Positions 17,581 to 31,217 of a stretch of DNA of 64,000 nt are shown here, piece by piece. The stretch is from assembly GCA_964016885.1 (NCBI GenBank), contig OZ024742.1, positions 246,884,001-246,948,000 of the forward strand, read 5' to 3'. The notes below the pieces were generated by a model that made no database searches, was not told where the DNA came from, and was given only the letters and a program-made list of their open reading frames with translations. The stretch comes from Eledone cirrhosa. Its lineage: Eukaryota. The translations under genes and the position numbers were made by a program. Every line of letters begins with the position of its first letter. The first letter of the stretch is position 1.

Positions 17581-18329
17581 GAGAAGCCATTTATCACACA
17601 GAGAGATATTCGTTGTGATGTCGAAAGGGACAGAGGGACATCTAGACAGAGAAAGACAGGGAAAGTGAAGGGAGGGAGGGGGAGAAAAAAAAGGGGGTGG
17701 GGGTGAGAGAGAGTGAGAGCGAAAGAGTGAGAGGGAAGAGATAATGAGGGAGGAGAGTAGGAGTAAATTAGAGAATGAGAGCGAAGGAATGAGAGGGAAG
17801 AAGTGAGTGAAGGTGTGAGCGATAGAGGGAGGGAGCAGGAGTGAAAGAAACAAATATAAGATCACCAGCATTCGATATATCACTGATTACTTTAATCTTC
17901 AGGTAATCCAATTATAGCTCTAATACAATATCCAGCAGCGCTTCACCTTGTTTCACAAACACACCAAAACAATACAGACACACACACACAAACACACACA
18001 TACACACACACGTATATATATATATATATATATGTATAAATAACACCTTATACTTAACGATTAGTTTACATTGTAAACGTGTCATCATCTGATTGGATAA
18101 GATAATATTCAGTGAAGAAGGCGTTGTGGTGGTGAGGCCCTAATGGGATCGCTCTAGCAGCTAGAAGCAGCAGCTAAATCTCCATTAAAAGGTAACATTA
18201 AATAACGTAGTCTGTGAGAGACTGAGCCTAATAAACAAGTGTTACACAGAAATTGTTCACGGTTTCTACCAGAATATCTAGGGGGGGGGGTTATTATATG
18301 AAATTAGACCAACGAGACATTAAGTGTAC

Positions 18330-18360
<31 letters not shown>

Positions 18361-18623
18361 GCTAATCACTTTACTGTGTCAGCCGTCAGAAACAGTCACA
18401 GCCGGCATGGGCTGGGTTTTGGCTTCTATCGATCGATTGGTTATTGATTAGGCGATACCCGCTGATGAAGCCACATACGCCGATTATGGCTTGTTGCATA
18501 ATATATGCAGACAGAGGGTGTAACTATGTGTATACTCTGGGAATGTATCCTACATTACCTATTGAGTACGCTGAGATACAACCGGTCCTGGCATTGATAA
18601 ATATGCTGGGTCCGTCAACTCCT

Positions 18624-18627
<4 letters not shown>
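18361..18627 (+). mobile_element. PLE-derived short element, family I, with degenerate HHR and intact ACTC..GAGT hairpin
   Basis: CTGATGA-AGCCA..TGGCT but GAAA missing; hairpin 18534-18569; TA-flanked. Confidence 0.5.
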
Positions 18628-18657
<30 letters not shown>

Positions 18658-19331
18658 TTCCAATATGTACTTCCAATAGCACAGTCCAATAGCACAGTCC
18701 AATAGCAGACGACGAGTCGTTCTTCTACGCGTGAGGTCACTAATTGTTGCCAACTATCTTACAGTAGCTCAGTCTGGATAGATGATTTCACTCTCGCTAT
18801 AATTATCGAGCCCGCTAATGAAGTTGTTGCAGTATGGCTAGCACTGTACCCCCACTGTATTTGAGAAGCTGCAAATTGCACATATCGAAGCTTACTGTGT
18901 TAACAGAAACGTTGAGGTCCAGACAACCAGGTTGAACTGCCACATTACGAATATACATTTTCTAAGCTCACTGAATCTCGTTCGCTCGAGTATATATTTA
19001 AACTATATCACATTGAGTGAGTAACTGTGAGCAATCGGGATTATAGCGAATATATTTCCTATAAATTAATGTTTTGTCTCTCGTCTCTTACTCCACTGGA
19101 CAGCGTTTGGCTTATGTCAGACGTTATGACTCCAGATGGACCAGCAGTACCGTTGGTAGCTGTGGAAACTGCCAAAGTCTATCTCAACGGCCGATGACTA
19201 TGGAGTTATGTTTCCTTCGTTTGTATTTTCATTTAAAAAAATATGTTTTTAAGGTTTCCGCTTAAAAACTTGTTTTTCGTTTTGTTTTGTTTCCGTTCGT
19301 TGTCTTGTCCACTCTTGGTTAATTTTCTTAA

Positions 19332-19450
<119 letters not shown>

Positions 19451-19477
19451 TCATACACACACACATATACATACGTG

Positions 19478-19509
<32 letters not shown>

Positions 19510-19611
19510 TGTATGTATGTATGTATGTATGTATGTATGTATGTATGTATGTATGTACGTATGTATGTATATATATATATATATAAATATATATATGTAT
19601 ATAGTGTATAT

Positions 19612-19955
19612 GACTCAGTGAATTACTGGTGGTGGCACTGAAGTGAGCACTCGATGCACAGGGAGAGCGACTATATATAAAAAAACGATAAACTTTTGTT
19701 TAACAAGTATTATAGTTAGTTTTTTTTTTATTGCGTATCGACTTCTTACACGCATTTCACAGAGAATTAGCTCAATGCCCCCCCCCCCATAAGTTATGGA
19801 CCCGACTCCATTATCGATTTGCTCTTCAGAGTGGTGATATAGCTTGATAATAGAGTTGGGTGAATTTGAGCCGATCATTCTGCGAAACGCGTGTAACAGG
19901 TCGATATACAATAAAAAACTAAATACATGTAAGCGAGTCTTCATTTTTTTTCTGA
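19612..19955 (-). mobile_element. Diverged palindromic HHR element, family T (HHR ~19745-19831 minus)
   Basis: Inverted arms; minus CTGAAGA-GCA...TGT-GAAAT-GCGT-GTA; plus arm GAAAC-GCGT-GTA. Confidence 0.6.
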
Positions 19956-20594
19956 ATATATATACATATATAATTTCCAATCGATATTTCATATTCAAAA
20001 ATAGAAAAGCGTTTAGCTTATTCTGGACTCGGTGACGTGTGAGCGGATATCAACGATGACAAAGGGACATCCAGAGACATGTCTCTGCCATACTCACCAG
20101 CTCCTTAGTTGACTATAAAATGGCTACAGATTAAAACCTTCATAGCGAAAGTCTTCTATGTTTATAGTAGATAAATCAGGATTTCGATGGATCATTCATG
20201 AGGAATTTGCAGATCCAGTATCGAAGATACACTTTCAGCTTCATACTCGTTATTATACAAGTTATATACCAACAAGGTACAAGTTATATACCAACCCGCC
20301 TGGACCAAAGTATAACTGAACTTAGATTTGTGGAGAACACACGCAGTTCCTTCATTCATAAGCTATAAATTGTTGCGATATCTGGAACCTTCAAAATGTC
20401 TGAGTTATTCTTACGATTAAAAAGATGAACAATTACACAAGAGAGTACGAACATTTTCTTTTCTTTACAACCTTACCACCGGGAAGGTGGCCAGTTAAAC
20501 GTAGAGTCAAAACTAAAGGAAAGAGAAAATACAGACACACATACAGACACACACACGCGCACGCGCACGCACACACACACACACACACACCAAG

Positions 20595-20631
<37 letters not shown>

Positions 20632-20732
20632 CATGCATACATATACGCATATACATATACATATACACATGTATATATATACCTACATTATACATAGGTA
20701 AATCTAAATATATAGCTAGGTTTGATAGACAA

Positions 20733-20779
<47 letters not shown>

Positions 20780-20794
20780 ATGTGTGTATGTATA

Positions 20795-20859
<65 letters not shown>

Positions 20860-21714
20860 GTATATATATATGTGTATATATATATATATGTGTGTGTATA
20901 TATATATATATATATATAGGAGATCAATAGGAGTGGGTATAGAATTCAATTGCTACCAAGTACGTATATACACATATATATATATATATATGAATAAAGA
21001 GGCCTAAGAACAACTTATCACATGCGCGCTCTCGTGTAGTGTATGTGTGTGTGTGTGTATGTGTGTATGTGTGCGTGTGTGTATTTGTGTATATGTACGT
21101 CTTTACTGTCCATCTGACGAGTAGTTGTACCTGTAGGCAGTAAAGGCCCAAAAGGTACGATATCAAGTCAGTTGATTAATTAAGAAACCTTTGAAACAAA
21201 CGTTAATGGAAGCCGAGGTATGTAGTAATTATTGGAAATATCGGAGACATCTGCAGAATGACAGAAGTAGAAACCAGATTGTGTAATGGTTTCAAGAGAC
21301 AAAACTGTTGCTGTAGATATCTACATACTTTGACATCTCTCACTTGCAGCGTCTCTGACCTAACGAACGAGTCTGGGATGGGTCTCCGTCCGTTTCGATA
21401 ATCAGAGTAGCTCGATCATGGGAATAAATTATTTGTGAAATTAACATTGTAAGTGGCTGGCCATTTCACAGAATCGTGCCAAAATTAATGTAATTCTAGA
21501 AGAGTTTGAGCGTTACAGTGTGTAACATTACGAATATAGTCCGTTGGACGAACTTCCACACTGTTTCCACTTTACTAATTTTATTCACAAGGTTTCAGTT
21601 GACTTAGTGCTATGGTATAGGAAAGTTGCTCAAGATGTTACACAGTGGGATTGAACCCAGGATATTATGATACAAAATTGTTTTTAAGAGTTTATTTTTA
21701 TCCATAATTCTTTC

Positions 21715-22430
21715 CTCAATGCGCCTTGTCATCCTCATGCAGAACGCCTCAGCGAAGTTGATGCCACCATCCTATGACACTGACTAGCAGCAGGTGAAAT
21801 TCCATTAGCGGATCAGTGGTCTCGACCGCCGCTCATCATTTAACCTTGGTCTGCCGACTTACCTTTCAGCCACCGTCTCCAGTCACACACTCATCAACGA
21901 GGTTATACTTGTGTATAAACCAAACAAATGCCGTTACTGAGACGATCGACGAGTTCAGTCTACATCTGCCCTTTTATCGCCACAGTGTATGTCGGTTCTC
22001 TGAATGACGTCAGCAAGAAGGAGCCTTGACGCAGCCGGTTTCCCATCCCAACTGGAGCATGCCACCCCAGACAATCGTGATAATAAGCGCTCAGACGGTA
22101 CTAACCTTTCGTCTTTCGAAGAGGGTAGATTTATAACTTCGGGTACCACATGCTGCGACACGTTATCCGGGTCCAACCATGTCACTTTAGCCACAAACTC
22201 GGGTACATCCGTCCAAATTAAAGAGGAGCGGAAGATAACCAATTATCAGGACTTGTCTTCCCGGGCTGTCGGTTTCCTCCGCAATATCGGAAAGAGTAAA
22301 TGTTCTCAGAGAAAGAAACCCCGTGAGATGCATTGGCTCATGCTGTGGTTGCCGCTGGCTGTTCCCCGCTGCAATGCTTTCGCCATCTTATTTGCGGTAT
22401 GCAGCAGAGGTATACCAACTTGCCAAGAAT
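21715..22430 (+). pseudogene. Decayed 3' part of a CRE-like non-LTR retrotransposon (restriction-like endonuclease domain)
   Basis: RSLDAAGFPSQLE...DNKRSDG...TCCDTL...EERK...EPRE-like...LAVPRCNA motifs. Confidence 0.7.
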
Positions 22431-23359
22431 GTAGAGTTTTCTCTCTCCATTCTCCCTTCACGCGTTTTCATTATTCATATTTTTTCTTCATCTTTTTTAC
22501 TTTATTTTTCTCTGTTCTATTTTATCATTTTAATTCTTTTTTCCTAACACTTTCTTCATTGTATACTTAAAATATCTGGTGAAGTAGGTTATTTCATGTA
22601 AGAATATTTGTTACATTATGTTCCAAACACCAGCTTGATATGGAAAAGCTTGGTTATTATACCAAATCATTCTATATATCTGCTTATTTTCGAAATAATC
22701 AGGCAACGTATTCCATTAGAAACATGGTAATAAAATGGTTAACTTGTAAATTTTATGCATAAAGCATGAGTACTATATCATCTACACAGTTCCTTGACAT
22801 GATCTGAAGACATTATATAAGTTGCTGCCAGACAAAATTTGTTAATGGTGAGTATTTGGATAAGGACATATTTAAAATATTTGATATCGTTTCAAATCAA
22901 TTGAAAATAATTATTAAAATCTCTGCAGTTGTTCTACAGCGATAAGGTTATTAAATATACATCTTCGCTGTGAAAACTACTTGTACCTACCAAGATTTCT
23001 CCACCAACACAAACTACACTGACATTCCTTGTATCTTCACCATTCCAACCAAACCAAAAATCGTGTCGTACGAATAAATGTGTAATATGTGACCCCTACT
23101 TAGAAAAAGTAATTCATCTGACTGCCAAAATAATTAAGAATCAACAGTAGACCAATGATTGATAAGATGCTACTAACACACTTAATATAGTGAGCCAAAA
23201 TATTTTAATTAATTAATATTGCACCTATAGTTAGGAGAGAGCAGGAGAGAGAGAAGGGGAGATAGAGTGGAAGAGAGAGAGAGAGAGACTAACACACAGA
23301 CAGAGAGCTAGTGAGCGAAAGAGGGAGAGAGGCAGAGAACGAGCGTGAGAGAGAGCAAG

Positions 23360-23433
<74 letters not shown>

Positions 23434-23783
23434 AGAAAATACAACCAGCTTAGCCAACCATGTATTATTGTCCAGAAAGTTAAGGGAGACAACCCGGAAA
23501 CATAAATCGATAAAAAAATTCTAGGTACGTGGAGACTTATTCGGAATTATTCTGAAGTCGCAATTACGGAAAGTCTCGGTCTTATAAGATCTCCTCAGTA
23601 GTTGTGTGAGGTAAACATAACTGATTTAGAGGATCTGCGATACGAGCTTGATGTGGTCCAGTCATAACAGGCGTCCATGTAAGCATTTACAGTTTCCACT
23701 CCTAAGGCATTGTTCAACCTGAGGCAACAGTAGAAGATACTCTTCGAAAATGCCATGCTATAGGTTTTAACTCAGTAAAAAGT

Positions 23784-23822
<39 letters not shown>

Positions 23823-23857
23823 GTATATATATATATATATATTGTTTTTAAAAAAAA

Positions 23858-24153
23858 ACAAGATGACGTAGGACAGAACAAAGGAGAGGCACAAAAACAA
23901 AGAAAAGAATCCCCAGTCACTGAAGAGGTCACAGAATGTGTGACGAAAGAACTTTGACAATATATAAACAATCATCTGGTTGTGGAACCAACCAGCCAAC
24001 CGGAAATTTATAAATTTATTATAATAAATTGAAGTTAAAGCAACTGGTGCGTGTGTTTCTTATTGGCAACATGACCCTCCCAAAGTATAACAATATCGGT
24101 TTCAACACACGTTTTCAGATAAAGAATCTTGCTAAACAAATTCAGAAACGAAG
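23858..24153 (+). mobile_element. Solo pLTR/tail of PLE family P with HHR at 23916-23958
   Basis: Near-identical to 3282-3602; GTCA-CTGAAGA-G-GTCACA/TGTGAC-GAAA-GAAC-TT-TGAC; ends in MTLPKYNNIGFNTRFQIKNLAKQIQKR. Confidence 0.75.
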
Positions 24154-24160
24154 TATATAC

Positions 24161-24266
<106 letters not shown>

Positions 24267-24308
24267 ACACATATATATATATATATATTAGGATGTATAT
24301 ATATAATA

Positions 24309-24800
24309 AATGTAATCTGAACATTAATAATAACATTCGATTCGTTTGCAATTATGCAAACAAGCCTCAACTTTATAGCCATGTTAGTTGAATGAACCCT
24401 TCATTCTTGCGCTTGTGTTGGCATGCGGACAGAACTGCAGACACTAATGTTTCTGGGTATCACCCTTCATCAGTACAGCTCACTGTTCATCTGCCAAACT
24501 GTCAGAGCTAGTGAAAATATATGCTATTTTCAAAAATACACAGTGGCTGGCAGGTGAACAGTGAACTGTACTGATGAAGGGTGATACCCAGAAACAATAG
24601 TCTCTGCAGTTCTGTCCGTATGCCAACACAAGAGCAAGAATGAAGGGTTCATTCTACTGACATGGCTATAAAATTGAGGCTTGTTTGCATAATTGCAAAC
24701 GAATAGAATGTTATTATTAATATTCGAAAAACTCAGATTACATTAAAGGGAGTCATGTCCGAGACATGCGCCATATCCCCCGTAGAATAAGCTCAAAGAT

Positions 24801-24805
<5 letters not shown>
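24309..24805 (+). mobile_element. Palindromic HHR-bearing element, family J
   Basis: ~185-bp arms spanning 24309-24743; HHR at 24432-24481 (-) and 24563-24612 (+). Confidence 0.75.
24432..24481 (-). ncRNA. Type I hammerhead ribozyme
   Basis: GAGCTGTA-CTGATGA-A-GGGT/ACCC-A-GAAAC-ATTAGT-GTC-TGCAGTTC. Confidence 0.8.
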
Positions 24806-24838
<33 letters not shown>

Positions 24839-24841
<3 letters not shown>

Positions 24842-26059
24842 AATGTAAGTCCATAGAATCATTTGATAAAATATATACAGTATTTCCTCTCCCAATCAGC
24901 ATAATTAACCACACAAAAAAATCAATTATACGAGGCTATAAGTTTAAAAATTTTAAAAGCACCTATGAAGAAACAATAGATAAATAAATGATAGCTATTT
25001 TATCCGCGATCACCAGCCTCAGAAGATTTATCCAGTATTTCTAATAGCCAGTATATAGCCAACCATACACAATTAGGTACAGAATCAAACTTAGAAGAAA
25101 AATGTATATAAACATACCAAAATTATGTCTCTACTGCATGGGATTTCATTCGCTTTTTGGAAATATCCGATCATGGATAAATTCATGAGCTTCGAAATCA
25201 TCAGGAAACAAACTCAATTGGACAAAGATTTTTCTTAAATGATTCCCGCCAGAAACGAATTCAAAATGGCTAAGCACTGTTACATGGCCAGTGGTCAAGT
25301 CAGAAAGTTTGTGATTGGTGTCTGACGGTGAGTGGGCTGGTTGCTAGAAAGCGCAGCCGAATACTGCCTAAATTGTTTCTCAACCATACGGGAGTTTATA
25401 AAATATATAGATTTACATATACATAAACTAGACAGATCCTTAGATATATATATATGTGTTTTTGGCAACCATTCACGGTGTGGCTCAATGACGAATTAAT
25501 TAATCAAATAATCAACAATCAGAGCAATATATAAGAATGTAAGTCCATAGAATCATTTGATAAAATATATACAGTATTTCCTCTCCCAATCAGCATAATT
25601 AACCACACAAAAAATCAATTAAACGAGGCGATAAGTTTAAAAATTTAAAAAGCACCTATGAAGAAACAATAGATAAATAAATTATAGCTATTTTATCCGC
25701 GATCAACAGCCTCAGAAGATTTATCCAGTATTTCTAATAGCCAGTAGAAATCGATTAGACATATAGCCAACCATACACAATTAGATACAAAATCAAAGTT
25801 AGCAGAAAAAATGTATATAAACATACCAAAATAATGTCTCTACCGCATGGGGTTTCATTCGCTTTTTGGAAATATCCGATCATGGATAAATTCACGAGTT
25901 TCGAAATCAGCAGGAAACAAACTCAATTGGACAAAGCTTTTTCTTAAATGATCCCCACCAGAAACGAATTCAAAATGGCTAAGCACTGTCTCGTGGCCAG
26001 TAGTCAAGTCAGAAAGTTTGTGATTGGTGCCTGACAGCGAGTGCGCTGGTTGCTAGAAA

Positions 26060-26063
<4 letters not shown>
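24839..26063 (-). mobile_element. ~700-bp head-to-tail tandem (about 1.75 units) with one HHR per unit, retrozyme-like (family L)
   Basis: Repeat starts at 24839 and 25533; HHRs at 25126-25210 and 25835-25919; TA-flanked; no ORF. Confidence 0.75.
25126..25210 (-). ncRNA. Type I hammerhead ribozyme (second copy 25835-25919 has CTGCTGA)
   Basis: TGTTTC-CTGATGA-TTTCG...CGAAT-GAAA-(T/C)CCCATGC(A/G)-GTA-GAGACA. Confidence 0.75.
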
Positions 26064-26129
<66 letters not shown>

Positions 26130-26744
26130 TAACCACACAGCTCCCTGATTCGTCTAGAATGTTTATTAAGTTTTTGCTGTGACCTGTTCTCACTTTCTCC
26201 CTATCTACTTTGTTGCTATTAACTCTTTCCCATTCTTTCTCTCCCTTCCCCCTTCTCTCTCTCCCTCTCATTTTTATTCTCCTTCTCTCTGCTAGCTACC
26301 CTGCTGCTTCCGCTTTTTCTCTCGCCCCTGCCTCTTTTTCACCCACACTTACAGAGGTCAAACCTGTTTTCTTCGCTCTCTAATTCATCGTCAACACAGC
26401 CTCTGTCTTAAGTCCCCCGCTCTCTTTTTTCGGTTGTTTACATACATGTGCATTTCGTGTTTCCCTTTTAGGTATGTTCTCTATATTTTCTCCTTTTCTT
26501 TCTTTCTTTTTCCCCCCTTCTGTTATATTCTTTCGCTCTCTTCTTTTAGTTTTTCTATAGTTATTGTTTAGTTCTTTCTATAGTTATTGAAGCACTGGAG
26601 CTAGTCATATTGTCTTTAATGCATAGAAATGTCCGTGATCTCCAGCAGCAACAGATGATGGGAAATGTCCCCGGTTTATGCTTTACTCTTATTTCTAAAT
26701 ACACTTTAGCCAGTAACCACACAGCTCCCTGTTTCGTCTCTCTC

Positions 26745-26839
<95 letters not shown>

Positions 26840-26841
<2 letters not shown>

Positions 26842-27034
26842 CGAAGGAGATGTGGTAAGGAACCAAGTGGACCATAACGCACCAAAGTACTCAATACTTA
26901 GGGTAGTAGAGTGGATAATAGGAACGAGTAAGACCCCGACGGCTGAGCTCGAGCCGTTTCGACGGCTAATTCTGGACTCAGAATTAGCCGTCGAAACGGC
27001 TTGAGCTCAGCCGTCAGGGTCTTACTCGTTCCTA
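26840..27034 (-). mobile_element. Family C palindromic element, second copy
   Basis: Reverse complement of 1031-1219 with few differences. Confidence 0.8.
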
Positions 27035-27109
27035 TATATATATATATATATATATATAAATCAGGAAAGAAGGTTGACATGGTTTGCTATACAAAAAAAG
27101 GTTTAATCA

Positions 27110-27222
27110 CATAGCTTACATTTGTTTCACTGAGCTGGAAGGTCTAGAGATCGCTATTCGCTTATTTTCGCGTTACTCGATCGCCAATACAAAATTATAA
27201 CCAGTCAGATCTTCGGAGCATG
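27110..27222 (-). ncRNA. pLTR hammerhead ribozyme (inverted copy)
   Basis: Reverse complement of 28487-28599. Confidence 0.7.
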
Positions 27223-27594
27223 CGAGAATGAAGAAAATACACAGGCAAGAAAAGAATATACAGGCTACTATATGAAGTAGTAATGGCATTCAATTAGAAC
27301 AATAACAACAATTACAACAATGCTATCAATAAATTATTTAAGGAGACCCTGACATTACTTAGGTGGGGGGTATATAATGTATCTAACGTTACGGCGTGTA
27401 AAACTAGCTGTCATGAGGCAAAAGAAAGCGTTTGGCATGTATTGAGTATCGAAGTGTATATCAATTTTAAATTTTAAAGATAAGCTACTGTTTACAGTCT
27501 TTCTCTTCATCATCAATAGTATTCATGAGTGGGACAACATTGTCAAAGCTAAATAGATACAGAGGTTAACGAAGTAATATACGCATATATTTAC

Positions 27595-27712
<118 letters not shown>

Positions 27713-28032
27713 ACATATATACACATGCATGTGTACATAGACACATACATACACATCAATATATTCAGTAATATATTCATTAAGTATACTATATCCTTCA
27801 CAAGTCTATACCACATAATTGTCTGTAAGTACCTCATCTACCAACAAACTTATTCCTTCTCAGCTGCTGCCATCATTTGATCCTAAATCCTAGTTTTTCT
27901 CAAATCACTACTACAATGTAACTTTACCTTCTTTTTGCCATAATTACAATTAGCACGCTTATCTCTTTGCATGTATGTATATTTTTGTACGAGTGTATAT
28001 TGATGTGTATGTATGTGTCTATGTACACATGC

Positions 28033-28116
<84 letters not shown>

Positions 28117-28486
28117 AAATATATGCGTATATTACTTCGTTAACCTCTGTATCTATTTAGCTTTGACAATGTTGTCCCACTCATGAATACTATTGATGAT
28201 GAAGAGAAAGACTGTAAACAGTAGCTTATCTTTAAAATTTAAAATTGATATACACTTCGATACTCAATACATGCCAAACGCTTTCTTTTGCCTCATGACA
28301 GCTAGTTTTACACGCCGTAACGTTAGATACATTATATACCCCCCACCTAAGTAATGTCAGGGTCTCCTTAAATAATTTATTGATAGCATTGTTGTAATTG
28401 TTGTTATTGTTCTAATTGGATGCCATTACTACTTCATATAGTAGCCTGTATATTCTTTTCTTGCCTGTGTATTTTCTTCATTCTCG

Positions 28487-28599
28487 CATGCTCCGAAGAT
28501 CTGACTGGTTATAATTTTGTATTGGCGATCGAGTAACGCGAAAATAAGCGAATAGCGATCTCTAGACCTGCCAGCTCAGTGAAACAAATGTAAGCTATG
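28487..28599 (+). ncRNA. pLTR hammerhead ribozyme with long stem II
   Basis: CATGCT-CCGAAGA-TCTGACTGG...CCAGCTCAGT-GAAAC-AAAT-GTA-AGCTATG. Confidence 0.7.
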
Positions 28600-28871
28600 T
28601 GATTAAACCTTTTTTGTATAGCAAACCATGTCAACCTTCTTTCCTGATTTATTATTACTCCAAGTGTTTACAACATAGGAATTACGGCATACCCGCAGCA
28701 TCACTATGAAAACGCCTTGTTGAGTCAAACCAAGCCAAGCGTTAATATCATCCACTACCTGGAATACCATAACTGGACTTTACCTTGGTGGACTGCATTT
28801 AACTATTATTTGTTACCCCGTATATTTAGCTCCCACCTGGTCGAGAAACCCCATTAACGCACGGCAACAAC

Positions 28872-31217
28872 ATGGAGAAGCACCATATAGGTATGTCACT
28901 GAAAAACATACCTGTACTATACACTGGGCATGATACGACGGACTAGTGATTTCATCCGCAGGGTCCGATGGAAAGCTTACCATTTCGATAAGGGACCGAA
29001 TACCAACAGAAAGGAATTTTCCAAGGAGAATTACGGGTTTAAATCCTGCAAAAACCCGCCAAACAACCCTGCACTCGATGCCTTCGAGCTGGACCTTATG
29101 AACATGATAAGTGAAACTAAATTTAAAAAAAGAACAAATCACAACAAATTGCAAAATGACTTAAATACATTACTTAAAAAACTAAAAGACACTAACGATC
29201 AAACGTATACTCTATGGACATTAACACATACAATAACTTTATTCAGCGTGAACTACATAAAAAATATAAAAAAACAAATGAATCTACACTCACCAGCATT
29301 AACATGGAGGGCCTCAAGATAGTTAATAAACTCGGAATTTCAGATAGGACCGAACCGCTAACCCCGTGCAACCCAACATTTAACCTGAAGGATCACAAAA
29401 ATAACTTTGAAACTAATCCCACCATTAGATTAATATGCCCATCCAAGTCAGACATAGGTAAAATTAGCAAGAACATTCTAGATAGGGTAATCGCACAAAT
29501 AAAGGGTAAACTAGAAATCAATTTATGGGGCAACACTAACGAGGCAATTAAATGGTTCAATAAAATACAAAATAGGGAGACGTGTAACTTCATACAATTT
29601 GATATAGACGACTATTATGCATCCATATCCCCAGCTACCCTAGATAAGGCGCTTATATTTGCCCAAAATAACTCTGATCTTACCCATGATGAGATTGAAA
29701 TAATAATAGCGGCTAGAACGACTATCATAAAATTCGAAAATAGCTACTGGGTAAGAAAGGATAGAATAAATAGCTTCGATATAATAATGGGATCAAATGA
29801 TTCTGCGCAAATCACAGATATCGTGGGGCTATTCATAGCACACAACCTACATAAGAAATTCAGTAACCTCCAAGGAGGAATTTATAGGGACGACACGTTA
29901 CTTATAGCTAGGAACCTAAATAACCAGAGCATGGAAAGACTAAGAAAAAATATTAGAATATTCTTCAAAAAACTAGGCCTAAGTATTACCTACGAACTAA
30001 ACCATAAGAAGGTAAATTTTCTAGATGTAACTCTAAATCTAAATACTGGATTAATAGAACCTTTCCACAAAAATAATGAAAATCTTGCCTACATTAGTTA
30101 CAACTCAAATCACCCCAAATCCATAATTAGATCCATAGCACGTAGTATATCCCTCCGAATATCCCGCTTATCCTCAAACCTAGAAATCTTTAACGAGCAT
30201 GCTGACTATTATAATGCAGCATTACGTAGGGCCGGTCATAAAGATAAACTGCAGTATATAGTGAATAAGGACAACGTAAACAATCCTAGTAATTACTACT
30301 CCAACCGCTTACATAATAATAGGAATAGCTTGACTAGACATAGGGTTAGATACGTAACACCTGGAGTAAACGGCCAAAACACTAATAACGTAAACCCAAG
30401 AAACAATAGAAGAAACAGACAAAGAAAATACCTATGGTTCAACCCTATATTCAACTACTCTATAAAAACTAGACTGCCCTCTACATTCTTTAAACTAATA
30501 GATAAACACTTCCCTATCTCGCATAGATATCACAAAATACTCAATAGATCTACTATAAAACTCTCATTCTCAACAGCAGCTAACATAGAATCACACATAC
30601 GCAAGATCAACCACAGAAATATCTCTAGTAAATCAACTGCACCTATACATAAGCACAAACACATCGCAACATCACAACCACAAGCGCATACAAACGCGCA
30701 GCAGCAAAATCCCATTGGGCATATATCACAACCCACTTATAACAGAGTACTAAACAGGAATGTAAAAGCTGCACAAAATAGCGCCTCAAACTGTAACTGT
30801 CACCTCCCAGATAGGTGCCCATTGGCGAACAGATGTCTCGATTCGAGCCTGGTGTACATGTGCACGGTCATCTCGGGTAACTCCACCTGGAATTACATAG
30901 GATCCACCGCGGGTTCTTTTAAAAAAAGATGGTATGTGCACAGACACTCAATGAAAAACCGTGCACTTATGGGTTCCACAACCCTCGCCAAAAAAATATG
31001 GGAATTGAAGGACAGCAACACTAACTACAGTATCAACTGGTCGAAGTTGTCGGCTGCTAAAACCTATAGTACAGGGATGTCCCACTGCGGGCTATGTGAT
31101 CTTGAGCTATTATATATCCTTAAAAATGTAAAAAGGCTACTTAACAATAAGTTAGAAAGATCTATCTTCTGCAGACATAGAATAGCCACTAAATTCATAA
31201 GATTCAAACCTCCGTGA
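28872..31217 (+). pseudogene. PLE reverse transcriptase + GIY-YIG endonuclease, two N-terminal frameshifts; 29214-31217 open
   Basis: SLKNIP, RVRWKA, YGFKS..PP, FDIDDYYASI, MGSNDSA, YRDD, FLDV, WFNP, CNC....CPL...CL, LVY...YIGST...FKKRW..H. Confidence 0.9.

Noticed and set aside
17059-17883. Mucin-like poly-Thr or Gly-rich ORFs
   Set aside because: (CAC)n repeat with starts inside TA tracts; no convincing splice context.
18810-18925. CTAATGA...GAAAC..GTC HHR-like stretch (similar at 38847-38930)
   Set aside because: Core mutated and stems do not pair convincingly.
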